Below are positions 39,303-48,580 of a DNA stretch of 64,000 nt, piece by piece; position 1 is the first letter of the stretch, and every line of letters starts with the position of its first letter. The stretch comes from a virus. Made by a program: the position numbers and the translations under genes. The stretch spans positions 25,767-89,766 of IMG/VR virus record IMGVR_UViG_3300034355_001150; one strand, written 5' to 3'. Under the pieces are notes generated by a model. It was not told the DNA's origin, did not search any database, and saw only the letters and a program-made list of their open reading frames with translations.

Positions 39303-39833
39303 TCAGAACCAAACACGATGCTTTTCGGCTACCCATTCTTCTCCTTGAAATGATTCAATCTTCCATTCTACATCAATTGGAATACTGACTATGGTCAGAG
39401 TAGCCATCGGACCAGATGCATCTTCGGCCAGGTTTCTTACGATATTCACCAATATTCTATCATCTCTTGCCAATCTGGTATCCCAATACCGATCATTATT
39501 TACTTCAGTGTATTTTCCATACTTATTAGTGGCGTGTCTATCTTCCCTATCCACTAAAGTATACTGTGTGCCCAATGCAGTCAAGTATTCTATCTGAGCC
39601 CTATGTGATAAGCCAAATTTACCATAAGGCTCAGAATTGATTACTATATCGCGTTTGCCCTTTAAGCAAGAAAAAAACTCATCGTACTGAGTGTCTCTGA
39701 TGTTTTCCGGTGAAATCAAGCGTATAAATTGAATACACTTGTTACATATCATTACTCTATCACCGCTAATAGTAGTGCTAAATGCCCCGAAAACATCAGT
39801 TGAGGAGCAAATAACACATCTACTTGTTCTCAT
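39303..39833 (-). CDS. Protein with N-terminal C4 zinc finger fused to a conserved phage domain
   Basis: CxxC...ICxxC, then IVIN..YG.FGLS...RDD.ILV..V...EWVAEKHRVW. Confidence 0.65.
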   Translation of the reverse strand: MRTSRCVICSSTDVFGAFSTTISGDRVMICNKCIQFIRLISPENIRDTQYDEFFSCLKGKRDIVINSEPYGKFGLSHRAQIEYLTALGTQYTLVDREDRHATNKYGKYTEVNNDRYWDTRLARDDRILVNIVRNLAEDASGPMATLTIVSIPIDVEWKIESFQGEEWVAEKHRVWF

Positions 39834-40276
39834 CAGTCGGCAAACTCACACAGAAGAACGTTTTCTTCTACAATATCGTAATTGAAGTAATCGGTTCGTT
39901 GAATCCTATCTACCTTAAATCCACCAGAAATCTTAATATACTCTTCTTCAATGTGCCATCTATCTTTGTCTTGAAGACCACCATTTTTTAACCATTCATT
40001 CCTGATAATATCACGCTCTATTTCGATGTAGCTATCATCAAATGTAAAATGATAACCAATCAGATTATGCAATTCACAGCCCAATCCCTCTGACATACTG
40101 CATGTTACGTATGTATTGAATTCACTTCTTGTTGGACAGGAACGACTATCTCTGTATGCAATTGCGTGTTTATAAAACTCTGACACTGTCCAACCTCTTG
40201 TTTCTGCACCAGTGTTTTCAAACACACTCCAAAAGACTTCTACAAACTTATTTTCAGGTGATTCAATTCTGTACAT
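39833..40276 (-). CDS. Hypothetical protein
   Basis: GAGGA RBS and 1-nt overlap with the downstream gene. Confidence 0.65.
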   Translation of the reverse strand: MYRIESPENKFVEVFWSVFENTGAETRGWTVSEFYKHAIAYRDSRSCPTRSEFNTYVTCSMSEGLGCELHNLIGYHFTFDDSYIEIERDIIRNEWLKNGGLQDKDRWHIEEEYIKISGGFKVDRIQRTDYFNYDIVEENVLLCEFAD

Positions 40277-40325
40277 ATTATCCTCTTGTTGATATCTCTT
40301 GGTTAAATTAGGGTTAGTCCGACGA

Positions 40326-40607
40326 TTATATCAATCTTGCCACTCCTATTAGTTTTCCGTTCTCCCAATCAAATGTGAATTTAACATTATTTTCCTCATC
40401 CTTTCTTGGTGGTCTAAACCGACAAAACTCTTTCTCTAATACGATAACACCAGATACCTCAATGTTTTTTCGCTTGATTCTATATTCAACATCATTGTCC
40501 CACACGGGCGTTAAACAATCAACCCAACCATCTTCCCATTTAGCTTGAATTTCAGCGCCATTTGCCCATGCAATAATCAGATCGCGATGCTTATGTGGTT
40601 TTGACAT
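40326..40607 (-). CDS. Hypothetical phage protein
   Basis: KPHKH.DLI.AWANGAEIQ...W..C..P.W....EYRIK. Coupled to the ligase stop. Confidence 0.7.
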   Translation of the reverse strand: MSKPHKHRDLIIAWANGAEIQAKWEDGWVDCLTPVWDNDVEYRIKRKNIEVSGVIVLEKEFCRFRPPRKDEENNVKFTFDWENGKLIGVARLI

Positions 40608-41968
40608 TACACTTTTTCTCCTTCAGTAAAGCCACGGAATCGTTCAAATCTTGGGAATCTCAAGCTATAAGTACCATCTTGATTTTTTGTAATCGTATCC
40701 GCTTGAATCTCAATCACTCTACCAAGAACAATATCACGATCTTCCCAAAAACTTTCACGCTGTACATCAGTAAATCCGCTACCAACATTGACTCGTATAA
40801 TGCGACCATTATCCTCGCCTTCGCAAATCAATGCACCCAGCTTCCCTTCATTTTTGCCAGTGCCTTCCTCATAACCGATTACTGATAGATCAAATGTTTC
40901 TACTGGCTTATATTTCAACCAAGATGTGGATCGTTTGCACTTATACGGTGCATCCAAATCTTTAATCATAATGCCCTCAAATTTATCACTGATAGCTTTA
41001 TTGGCAAAATCCCACATCTGATCAACACCTTCATCTGTATCCAGATCAACAATCAGATTGTCTACCAATTGAATGCAATCACATTCAAGAATTTCTTTTG
41101 CCTTGAATAAAGTTTCGGTTCTCTTACTTTGCGCAATAGGGCATTCACCATCCTTAAAATCACTACTGGGAACAACATCAAACACATGGTAAATGGTATC
41201 ATCGGTGTTGATATCAGTCTTGCGACGAGCTTGCTTCATCAACATCTGGAATGATTGACCAATCACTTCGCCATCAATAACAAACGATGATCCAAAAATA
41301 GGCGCAAGTTCATCGTATCGCTTCTGAATTTCTTCTGCAATATGCGGAAAATTATCAAATGGTTTTCCATTGCGGCTCATTAAATTTACAGTAGCACCAG
41401 TGACGATAGCCAACACCCTCACACCGTCTAGCTTCAGCTCGATTTGCTTTTTACCAAGCATTTTTTTCTGATTATCTTTTGAATCAGATGCAAGTTGGCA
41501 AGAGAATACAGGAATTTCCCATTGAGTATTTTTCAATACTTTATTAAGTGTTTTTTCAGAAATGCCTACTCGCAAATCCTTGGTGAGAATTCTGCGGCAA
41601 CCGTTATTCCAATTATCAGAATCAAATTGCTTGCTTAGTTTGGCAATCATATCACGAGCAAGATTTCCAGTAACGCTTCTGGTTCTTAGTTCTTCGCATA
41701 ATGCCCAAAATTCTGGCCATGGATTTTCTTTATCAGTTAACGCAACCGTAGTTGGAACTTGCTTAATATTGAATACAAAAAATGGATTGTATGTCAGATA
41801 GCAATTGTATAAAAATGCATCTGCGTCTTCGGAACCAAGATTGGCAAACATCAATGCTTGCTCAAGGATTTGTTCCTTCTCATTTCTGCTATTTGTAGAC
41901 TCTAGCCTACTGATCCATTTTCCAGACACATTCAATCCATTGAATTTAGTATTATTGACTTCTAACAT
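40607..41968 (-). CDS. lig: ATP-dependent DNA ligase
   Basis: Motif I KLDGVR, VIDGEV, FDVV, EGIMIK, KRSTSWLKYK, VGSGF and LRFPRF. Confidence 0.95.
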   Translation of the reverse strand: MLEVNNTKFNGLNVSGKWISRLESTNSRNEKEQILEQALMFANLGSEDADAFLYNCYLTYNPFFVFNIKQVPTTVALTDKENPWPEFWALCEELRTRSVTGNLARDMIAKLSKQFDSDNWNNGCRRILTKDLRVGISEKTLNKVLKNTQWEIPVFSCQLASDSKDNQKKMLGKKQIELKLDGVRVLAIVTGATVNLMSRNGKPFDNFPHIAEEIQKRYDELAPIFGSSFVIDGEVIGQSFQMLMKQARRKTDINTDDTIYHVFDVVPSSDFKDGECPIAQSKRTETLFKAKEILECDCIQLVDNLIVDLDTDEGVDQMWDFANKAISDKFEGIMIKDLDAPYKCKRSTSWLKYKPVETFDLSVIGYEEGTGKNEGKLGALICEGEDNGRIIRVNVGSGFTDVQRESFWEDRDIVLGRVIEIQADTITKNQDGTYSLRFPRFERFRGFTEGEKV

Positions 41969-42030
41969 ACTATTTACTCACTTTGGGTTAAAAAAGACAT
42001 CTTAGCAGAATGTCGGTGAAATGTCAAGCG

Positions 42031-42279
42031 TTAAAGGTAATCTGTGCAATGTCTATGCACTCTGTCGGCTGATCCCCATAATTCTGTGGGAACCTCAAAG
42101 TAAATACACCTTACCAAATCTTCTAAAGATTTTATATCGTCTGGACTTGCTTCCAGCACAGCATTGAAGAGATCATTCTGAAGAACAAACTTCAAAAATG
42201 AGCTATCAATCTTGCCGTGTTCAATGTATTGCTGAAGCCGAATCTTTAGATCGGCGTGAATGTTGTATTTTTCAAACAT
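42031..42279 (-). CDS. Hypothetical protein
   Basis: Strong AAGGAGG RBS. YIEHG...FL..VL.NDL..A motif. Confidence 0.7.
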   Translation of the reverse strand: MFEKYNIHADLKIRLQQYIEHGKIDSSFLKFVLQNDLFNAVLEASPDDIKSLEDLVRCIYFEVPTELWGSADRVHRHCTDYL

Positions 42280-42551
42280 TGTCTCCTCCTTATGATTAAT
42301 GAGAAGATAGTATATACTGTTGTCCTCAAAAAATCAACTGTTTTCTTTTCGTTTCTTTGTTGGCTTGTCGTCGGTGGTTAAAGCCATCGCCAAAATCATA
42401 ATTGTGATCGTTATAAAAAAGTCCATTGTGTCTCCTTTGTTTCGTTGTTAATACGTCTCTGTAGTATTTAGGGATATGATAACACAAAAAAGCAACAATT
42501 CAAGCATTTTGAGCGCAATTTATTATTTACTCTGAGTGAATGATGGCACGT

Positions 42552-42749
42552 TTAGTTCATCATTGGGTCTTCAATACCGACGAATACCATTGGATTGGTT
42601 AATGCCAATTGCTCAATGAATTTCTCCATCATACGATTTTCTAACCATGCCATTTCTACTTCCGTTAGAATATCTGGGTCCATTCCTTCGGATAGAACCT
42701 GATTCACCATTATCATTCTCTTCTTGGAAGGTTTCGGTAAGGTCATCAT
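42552..42749 (-). CDS. Hypothetical protein
   Basis: GAGG RBS, follows the 42754..42912 ORF. Confidence 0.55.
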   Translation of the reverse strand: MMTLPKPSKKRMIMVNQVLSEGMDPDILTEVEMAWLENRMMEKFIEQLALTNPMVFVGIEDPMMN

Positions 42750-42753
42750 TTGA

Positions 42754-42912
42754 TTACACCTCTACCAATTCATTGGGATCAAACGCAGCCAAGTTATCTT
42801 CTTCGTCGTCTTCCCAAACAGCATTTCCCTCATCGTACTTAACGAATCTGAGTTTTGATTCAGGGTCAACGAACGTAGCTCCAAAATACAGTTTTCCGAA
42901 TTCAATAGTCAT
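42754..42912 (-). CDS. 52-aa acidic protein missing from the ORF track (MTIEFGKLYFGATFVDP...)
   Basis: GGAG RBS, directly downstream of the promoter at 42938-42965. Confidence 0.6.
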   Translation of the reverse strand: MTIEFGKLYFGATFVDPESKLRFVKYDEGNAVWEDDEEDNLAAFDPNELVEV

Positions 42913-42937
42913 TTTTAGTCTCCATTAAATTAGTGTG

Positions 42938-42965
42938 ATTATACAGTAAAATTTTAGATTGTCAA
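42938..42965 (-). promoter_or_regulatory. Early promoter TTGACA-16-TATAAT overlapping the MTase stop
   Basis: TTGACAATCTAAAATTTTACTGTATAAT. Confidence 0.8.
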
Positions 42966-43873
42966 CAACTGCTCTCAATTAGCTCAATTTCTTCTTTGGT
43001 CAGATTAAAATGATTGTACAATTGCTGATTGGACCAGCTTCTTGTCAAGTCAAGTTTAGGAAAAACATTCAAGTTTTTCGTTTCATTATATTGAGTATGG
43101 CGATATACGCGAGAAAAAAATTTATACAGATTGCTATTAAACACTGTTTTTGCGTGTTCAACACTTTCTTCTTCTTTCAAGAGCATTGTTTGGCACCATC
43201 CTACACCATAATGTCCATCATCAATGATTACTTTTGTGGGTCCATTGTAGGGAATAACCACTTTCTTTTTTGATTTTAACGGTGATTCAATTTCACTCCA
43301 TCTTACAGGAATTCCAGAATCGTTTAAGTAATCCTTGCTAGAATTAACATGATGTATGTTTGCGTGTATGGCGTTCGCCGTTTTATTATCGGTATGATAG
43401 CCTGTTCCTTTATATTGATGATTTATGCCAGCTAAGAAAAAATTACAACGTGGTTCGGACGATTCTGTTAGCTTTTTTATAATAGTCAGCCCTTTGTTTG
43501 TAATTAGCTTGGTTTTCCTTAAATCAACTACATGAACACCATCATTGCAATTTATCTCAGATTTACCTTGATATTGATTTTTTTGTACAATAGTGTAGCC
43601 AAACGTAGAGGAAACATTAAAGTAATTTTTAATTCTATCCGATATGTCAGCGTATATCAGATTGTATTCTGAAAACACTCTCTCAATGATTTTTCCATTA
43701 TCGCTCGGAGAACACCAACCAGTTGGCGTAATTAAGCAAGTATATCCATTTTCTGCTGTGATGTCAACCGATAGCGTTAAAAACTCTTTCCACAGAGATT
43801 TGTTAGTTTGTCTTCCGTTTTTGGCGAGTTGTTTGAATGGTGGATTACCTACCACTATGTCAAATTTCATCAA
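42962..43873 (-). CDS. N6-adenine DNA methyltransferase catalytic/TRD half (Eco57I-like), cassette 5
   Basis: Starts at MKFDIVVGNPPF (motif IV). No SAM-binding motif I. Confidence 0.8.
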   Translation of the reverse strand: MMKFDIVVGNPPFKQLAKNGRQTNKSLWKEFLTLSVDITAENGYTCLITPTGWCSPSDNGKIIERVFSEYNLIYADISDRIKNYFNVSSTFGYTIVQKNQYQGKSEINCNDGVHVVDLRKTKLITNKGLTIIKKLTESSEPRCNFFLAGINHQYKGTGYHTDNKTANAIHANIHHVNSSKDYLNDSGIPVRWSEIESPLKSKKKVVIPYNGPTKVIIDDGHYGVGWCQTMLLKEEESVEHAKTVFNSNLYKFFSRVYRHTQYNETKNLNVFPKLDLTRSWSNQQLYNHFNLTKEEIELIESSC

Positions 43874-43882
43874 CCAATATTC

Positions 43883-44980
43883 TCAATAGTAATTTGGCAT
43901 AGCGTTTATTACGTCGCGCTCTTCTTGTGTGAATCCATAGAAGTCTTGTATTGAATCTTCAGTCCAAATTCTATCCAATGGCGGTAGTGGTACATTTTCA
44001 AAATATCGCTTAATAAACAAATGCTGTGATACCTTGTATATCACCAAGCCATATCTAGCCACCTTTGTTTTCAAATAAGATTTTAAGCTATCTTTTTCTT
44101 CGTCTGTGTTAATGACCAAACATTTAGCGCCATCTTTCAAGACATCAATTTTACTGTTCCTGTAGAAAAAAGTAAAATAATCATCAGTATTAAAATGTCC
44201 ACATATTTGAGGTAACGCAATAAATGGTCGGTTGGGTCGATCTGAAGATATATCATTCAAACACTTTTCTTTCGTTAATTCTTTGTATCTATTTACGAGA
44301 CTCAAAACAACGTCACTTGGTTCCCAAAACCCCGTAGGCAAATCAGAAATGTCTTTTATATAATATTTATTATCTGATTCTTTGTAATGCAATTTAATGT
44401 TATCTTGGTTGTTCTTTATAGCATATGTTACGCATAGATAGCAACTGAATAGGCCCTTTCCAAATAACTCGTTGCCATCCATAAATGTTAATTGTTTAAG
44501 TCTTCCCTTTAGCTCTCTTCTGACTTCTTTTTCTATAGAAGAATTGCCTCGATATGTCCACCCCGATGGGTGAATCAAGCAAACAATATCAGCTATCTGC
44601 AAACATTTCAATAAAAAATCTAAGTGGGTATTTTTTAAATAAGGTGGATTGCCCACCACTATGTCAAATTTCATATCTGTTTCCCATGTCAAAAAGTCGG
44701 CTCTGATTACGTTCTTGAATCGGCCATGCAACATCATGCGATTAGTTGCCCATATTGCCTTATCAAGAACGTATATGCGATTATTTATGTAGTCATTGTC
44801 AAAGCCTAATTTTCGCATTCTTCTTACAATCACTTTTGACTCGGTTCCATAGCCACAGGCAACATTCAGTATCTTAATATCTGGATTTAAAAATACCTCG
44901 TCGGGTATTTGGTCAATGATTTCTGTCCACAATTCAATACTATCTGGATCACCTAAAAAGCAATTGCCGCCGTATCCCAT
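43883..44980 (-). CDS. N6-adenine DNA methyltransferase (gamma-type order), cassette 4
   Basis: Motif-I-like ILNVACGYGTE followed by FDIVVGNPPY and a unique C-terminal region. Confidence 0.85.
   Translation of the reverse strand: MGYGGNCFLGDPDSIELWTEIIDQIPDEVFLNPDIKILNVACGYGTESKVIVRRMRKLGFDNDYINNRIYVLDKAIWATNRMMLHGRFKNVIRADFLTWETDMKFDIVVGNPPYLKNTHLDFLLKCLQIADIVCLIHPSGWTYRGNSSIEKEVRRELKGRLKQLTFMDGNELFGKGLFSCYLCVTYAIKNNQDNIKLHYKESDNKYYIKDISDLPTGFWEPSDVVLSLVNRYKELTKEKCLNDISSDRPNRPFIALPQICGHFNTDDYFTFFYRNSKIDVLKDGAKCLVINTDEEKDSLKSYLKTKVARYGLVIYKVSQHLFIKRYFENVPLPPLDRIWTEDSIQDFYGFTQEERDVINAMPNYY
44640..44980. repeat. Direct repeat shared with 48240..48580 (exactly 3600 bp apart)
   Basis: 44640-44820 appears identical to 48240-48420 and the remainder is near-identical. 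Shorter copies lie at 45851-45897, 47438-47477 and ~43839-43870. Confidence 0.9.
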
Positions 44981-45048
44981 TAAAATTCCTCCATAGATTA
45001 ATTGTTGTTAATAACTGTTCTCATTTGTTTTAGGTCATGTCAAGTCTT

Positions 45049-45918
45049 TTACGAGGTTTCTTTTTTTCTAACAAGTACATCTAAGATGTATTCTTGCTCC
45101 GTGGCGGAGATATTGAACAATGAGAATAATTCTGAATCATTCATATTAATTCCGGAAATTTTTGGCATCCTTGCTAAATTTCTATAGCTCACTTGCGCTG
45201 CATTGGCAAAAGAATATACACAAAATCTACCAAGAAGTGATTTGGATAAATACCAAGAGTTAAGGTGAGCTTCCGTCTCCGAATCCATCTTTAAAAACAT
45301 ACCTCTGCCATTCTCAATTATTCCTTCGTTTGTATGATTCACTCTTGAAATAACTGACTTTTTTCCACCCTTTGGTTTTGTGTGACAAAAACGAATATAT
45401 GCAGAATCAACAAAAACATAATCTTTTGCAATCTCGTTTCGTGATAGAAACAATTTTTCTCCCGAGGAGTTAAACACTTTGTCTATTATGGATGCCCCCA
45501 CAATGTTTGTGGCCTGTATGGGTAACGCCTTTTGCATATCCCAATCAATGTGCGATTCCGAGAAGATGACTTTTGTTGTTTTTGTAACCAATCCCAAAGA
45601 CTTTGAACCAATAAAACCAGCAATGTTTGTTCCAATTCCCGGAAAACTTTCATTCAGGTTGGCAAATACTGTTGTTAATGAAAATAAATTATGTATTATT
45701 TTAGCACTTTTAGACCCCGGATCTAAAAATCTATTGGGAACAACGAATGCAATCAATCCGTCTTCTGAAAGAACTTTTCCAGACTTTTCTATAAATTTTG
45801 TATAATACGAAGAATCACCGTCTATTTTATATGGCGGATTTCCAACCACAATGTCAAATTTCATATCTGTTTCCCATGTCAAAAAGTCGGCTCTGATGAC
45901 ATTATTGAACCCACCCAA
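45049..45918 (-). CDS. 5'-truncated methyltransferase cassette 3
   Basis: NPPY and TRD region are intact. Upstream codons LDRTIWATNRIRILGGF (from ~45957) are a remnant of the N-terminal half seen in cassettes 1 and 4. Confidence 0.75.
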   Translation of the reverse strand: MGGFNNVIRADFLTWETDMKFDIVVGNPPYKIDGDSSYYTKFIEKSGKVLSEDGLIAFVVPNRFLDPGSKSAKIIHNLFSLTTVFANLNESFPGIGTNIAGFIGSKSLGLVTKTTKVIFSESHIDWDMQKALPIQATNIVGASIIDKVFNSSGEKLFLSRNEIAKDYVFVDSAYIRFCHTKPKGGKKSVISRVNHTNEGIIENGRGMFLKMDSETEAHLNSWYLSKSLLGRFCVYSFANAAQVSYRNLARMPKISGINMNDSELFSLFNISATEQEYILDVLVRKKETS

Positions 45919-45969
45919 AATACGTATCCGATTGGTAGCCCAAATGGTCCTATCTAATTAGTGTGATTA

Positions 45970-46581
45970 TTAATCTTCTAGGTTAAATAGATTTATAAAT
46001 TCCTGTGGGGTTAGATATTCTTTTGCCCTGATAACAACGTCGTTGCCATATTTGGCAAACAACGCCTTCCCGTCATATTTTTCGTATATCTGAGGCCATA
46101 GACCTTTATTATCGTTAACCGAACGAGTGGGAAAAGCGACGCGAATCTTTAATTTACTAGAAACCGTAACGTTACCTGCATTTCTCTTAATCGACTTGAG
46201 TTTGATATCCTTCAAAATTTTTGAAGCCTCTTCTTTGTCCAATCCACTGGGTGCATTGTATAGATCGCTGGGGAAATCAACCCAGCGTCCGTTCTCATGA
46301 ATCCAATAATCAACATTGATAGGATCAATTTTAAATAGCTCTGTTACATATGCCGCCTCTCTGGCATCTGCATAATATCCGCCGTGCCAAGAAGTTCTTT
46401 CTTGTGCATATAATTGTGAACGAATAGAGGTATCTGATGGATTGGCACATGCCGCAATAAATGGTTTGGATTCATCCAATGTCCAAGCAGTGGATAATGC
46501 GGCTCCGGTGTAACCCGACCTATTTGATTTTCTGGTTGACAGATGAATTTTTATGCCGGTGGAAAGAGTAATAGTGGTCAT
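45970..46581 (-). CDS. Protein with degenerate AP2-like DNA-binding domain (start MTTITL)
   Basis: SNRSGYTG....W...FIA...WHGGYYADAREAAY pattern, GAGGAG RBS, and its own early promoter. Confidence 0.55.
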   Translation of the reverse strand: MTTITLSTGIKIHLSTRKSNRSGYTGAALSTAWTLDESKPFIAACANPSDTSIRSQLYAQERTSWHGGYYADAREAAYVTELFKIDPINVDYWIHENGRWVDFPSDLYNAPSGLDKEEASKILKDIKLKSIKRNAGNVTVSSKLKIRVAFPTRSVNDNKGLWPQIYEKYDGKALFAKYGNDVVIRAKEYLTPQEFINLFNLED

Positions 46582-46635
46582 TGTTTGTCTCCTCGTTAAA
46601 ATTAAGACTTGAACGAACTTCAAATCATTGGGAGT

Positions 46636-46663
46636 ATTATACAGTAAAATTTTTACTTGTCAA
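46636..46663 (-). promoter_or_regulatory. Early promoter TTGACA-16-TATAAT overlapping the MTase stop
   Basis: TTGACAAGTAAAAATTTTACTGTATAAT, nearly identical to 42938-42965. Confidence 0.8.
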
Positions 46664-47477
46664 CCTTTTTTACTCTACTCTCTATGAAATTTATCTCATC
46701 ATCGGACAGCAAGAAATGCTTATAAACATCGTTATTGGTCCACATTCTATCAGAATCTAACTTTGGTAACAAATTATTATTTTTTACCACTGGAGTAAAT
46801 CCAGCTGTTTTAAGATGGTTGTCGGCATAAAAGCGATATAAATTACTGTTGGTATATGATAAAATATTATTGCCCTCCTTTATGTTCGTTATAGGAAGAA
46901 TTTTATTAAATTTACAAGTGGGCGAATCGGTTATGAATTGCGAGGAGTAACTTGCGCTGAAAGGATAGACTATTTTGAGGCCGACATTATTTGGCTTTAA
47001 ATCTGTGTTCGTTTTGTTTTTGCCGCTATAATAAATCTCACAATCCCCTATGTTTAAATTCTCTTTTGTTATTTGCGGGTTCTCGTATATCAAAGATAAA
47101 AATTCCGCGCTATCTAACATTTTAGACACAATAGAGTCAATCATTGGATCTCTTAGTATTGGAAGCATAACCTTTTTGTGCTTTGAACTTCTCGTTACTA
47201 CCCAATGACATGTATTCACTCCAACTGAAAACCATTGTTTTTCTTTGTGTACAGAAGCATGAGTTAAAGTTAGTTGATTATTCAATCTATCCTTAAACCA
47301 CTTTCCCATACCGACCGTGTAATCAAAAATAGATGCAGGTGTTACGAATGCAACAAACCCGATGTCGGTAACTAGGGTGAGTGTTTTTTTCGCGAATTTA
47401 TGCCATAATTTATTATTTTTAGCTTTATTGTTGTTGTCCTGATAAGGTGGATTGCCCACCACTATGTCAAATTTCAT
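46653..47477 (-). CDS. N6-adenine methyltransferase catalytic/TRD half, cassette 2
   Basis: Starts at MKFDIVVGNPPYQ with an ATGA overlap. No motif I. Confidence 0.8.
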   Translation of the reverse strand: MKFDIVVGNPPYQDNNNKAKNNKLWHKFAKKTLTLVTDIGFVAFVTPASIFDYTVGMGKWFKDRLNNQLTLTHASVHKEKQWFSVGVNTCHWVVTRSSKHKKVMLPILRDPMIDSIVSKMLDSAEFLSLIYENPQITKENLNIGDCEIYYSGKNKTNTDLKPNNVGLKIVYPFSASYSSQFITDSPTCKFNKILPITNIKEGNNILSYTNSNLYRFYADNHLKTAGFTPVVKNNNLLPKLDSDRMWTNNDVYKHFLLSDDEINFIESRVKKVDK

Positions 47478-48580
47478 TGACCAATTTTCTCAATTAGCTC
47501 AATTTCTTTGTTAGTCAGATTAAAATGATTATACAATTCTACGTCGGACCACGCCATGTTGGTGTCAACCATCGGTAATGATTGCAAAATTCCGGTACTC
47601 GATTGCCCTGCCTCTCCGCCAAGTATTTTAAACACGTAGCAAAACAACTTGCTATTGAATATTGTTTTATAATTTGCAAGATTTTTTGTATCAGCTATCA
47701 CCATAGTTTGTGCAGAATGATTAGTGTCCGACGAACGACCGATAAAAAGTTTATCGTATTTTTTGAATCGTCCTCCGTTTATCTTAACCACCAAATCAGA
47801 TTCCTTCGACTTATCGCATTCTGTAAATTTCCATTTCTTGGAGGAATATGTTTTGTTCAATATACTTAGATTATCTGGAGTAACATCAAACGGAATAGGA
47901 CAGGAAGCATCTACATCGCAGTAAGTAGAATCATTATTATTTAAGATAAGACATTGTCCAACATAATTTTTGGACATAACAAATGCACTTATGCGAATAC
48001 CAACATTGAAATGATGCGAAACATCCGGGTATATTCCGATGAATTTAAAATTATTTTTATAAATAAATGTTATCTTGTTTGTTTCCTTGCCAAAATTTGA
48101 TATAGAAAAAATTGAAGTGGGAACTATCATTGCTATAGTTGTATTTTCGCTTGACAATTCAACGGCTTTTGTCAAAAAAGCCCACCAAAAGCCTCCTTGT
48201 TTATTGTTCTTGCATTTTATAGCTGCGGTCGATGCCTGATAAGGTGGATTGCCCACCACTATGTCAAATTTCATATCTGTTTCCCATGTCAAAAAGTCGG
48301 CTCTGATTACGTTCTTGAATCGGCCATGCAACATCATGCGATTAGTTGCCCATATTGCCTTATCAAGAACGTATATGCGATTATTTATGTAGTCATTGTC
48401 AAAGCCTAATTTTCGCATTCGGCGAACGATCACTTTTGACTCGGTTCCATAGCCACAGGCAACATTCAGTATCTTAATATCTGGATTTAGAAATACCTCA
48501 TCGGGTATTTTGTCAATGATTTCTGTCCACAATTCCTCGCTATCGGGATCACCCAAGAAGCAATTACCACCATATCCCAT
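47474..48580 (-). CDS. N6-adenine DNA methyltransferase (gamma-type order), cassette 1
   Basis: First ~113 aa almost identical to cassette 4, then a different sequence after NPPY. Confidence 0.85.
   Translation of the reverse strand: MGYGGNCFLGDPDSEELWTEIIDKIPDEVFLNPDIKILNVACGYGTESKVIVRRMRKLGFDNDYINNRIYVLDKAIWATNRMMLHGRFKNVIRADFLTWETDMKFDIVVGNPPYQASTAAIKCKNNKQGGFWWAFLTKAVELSSENTTIAMIVPTSIFSISNFGKETNKITFIYKNNFKFIGIYPDVSHHFNVGIRISAFVMSKNYVGQCLILNNNDSTYCDVDASCPIPFDVTPDNLSILNKTYSSKKWKFTECDKSKESDLVVKINGGRFKKYDKLFIGRSSDTNHSAQTMVIADTKNLANYKTIFNSKLFCYVFKILGGEAGQSSTGILQSLPMVDTNMAWSDVELYNHFNLTNKEIELIEKIGQ

Noticed and set aside
42962-48580. Invertase-driven shufflon (hsdS-type inversion)
   Set aside because: All cassettes are co-oriented, the repeats are direct, and no site-specific recombinase is present nearby.
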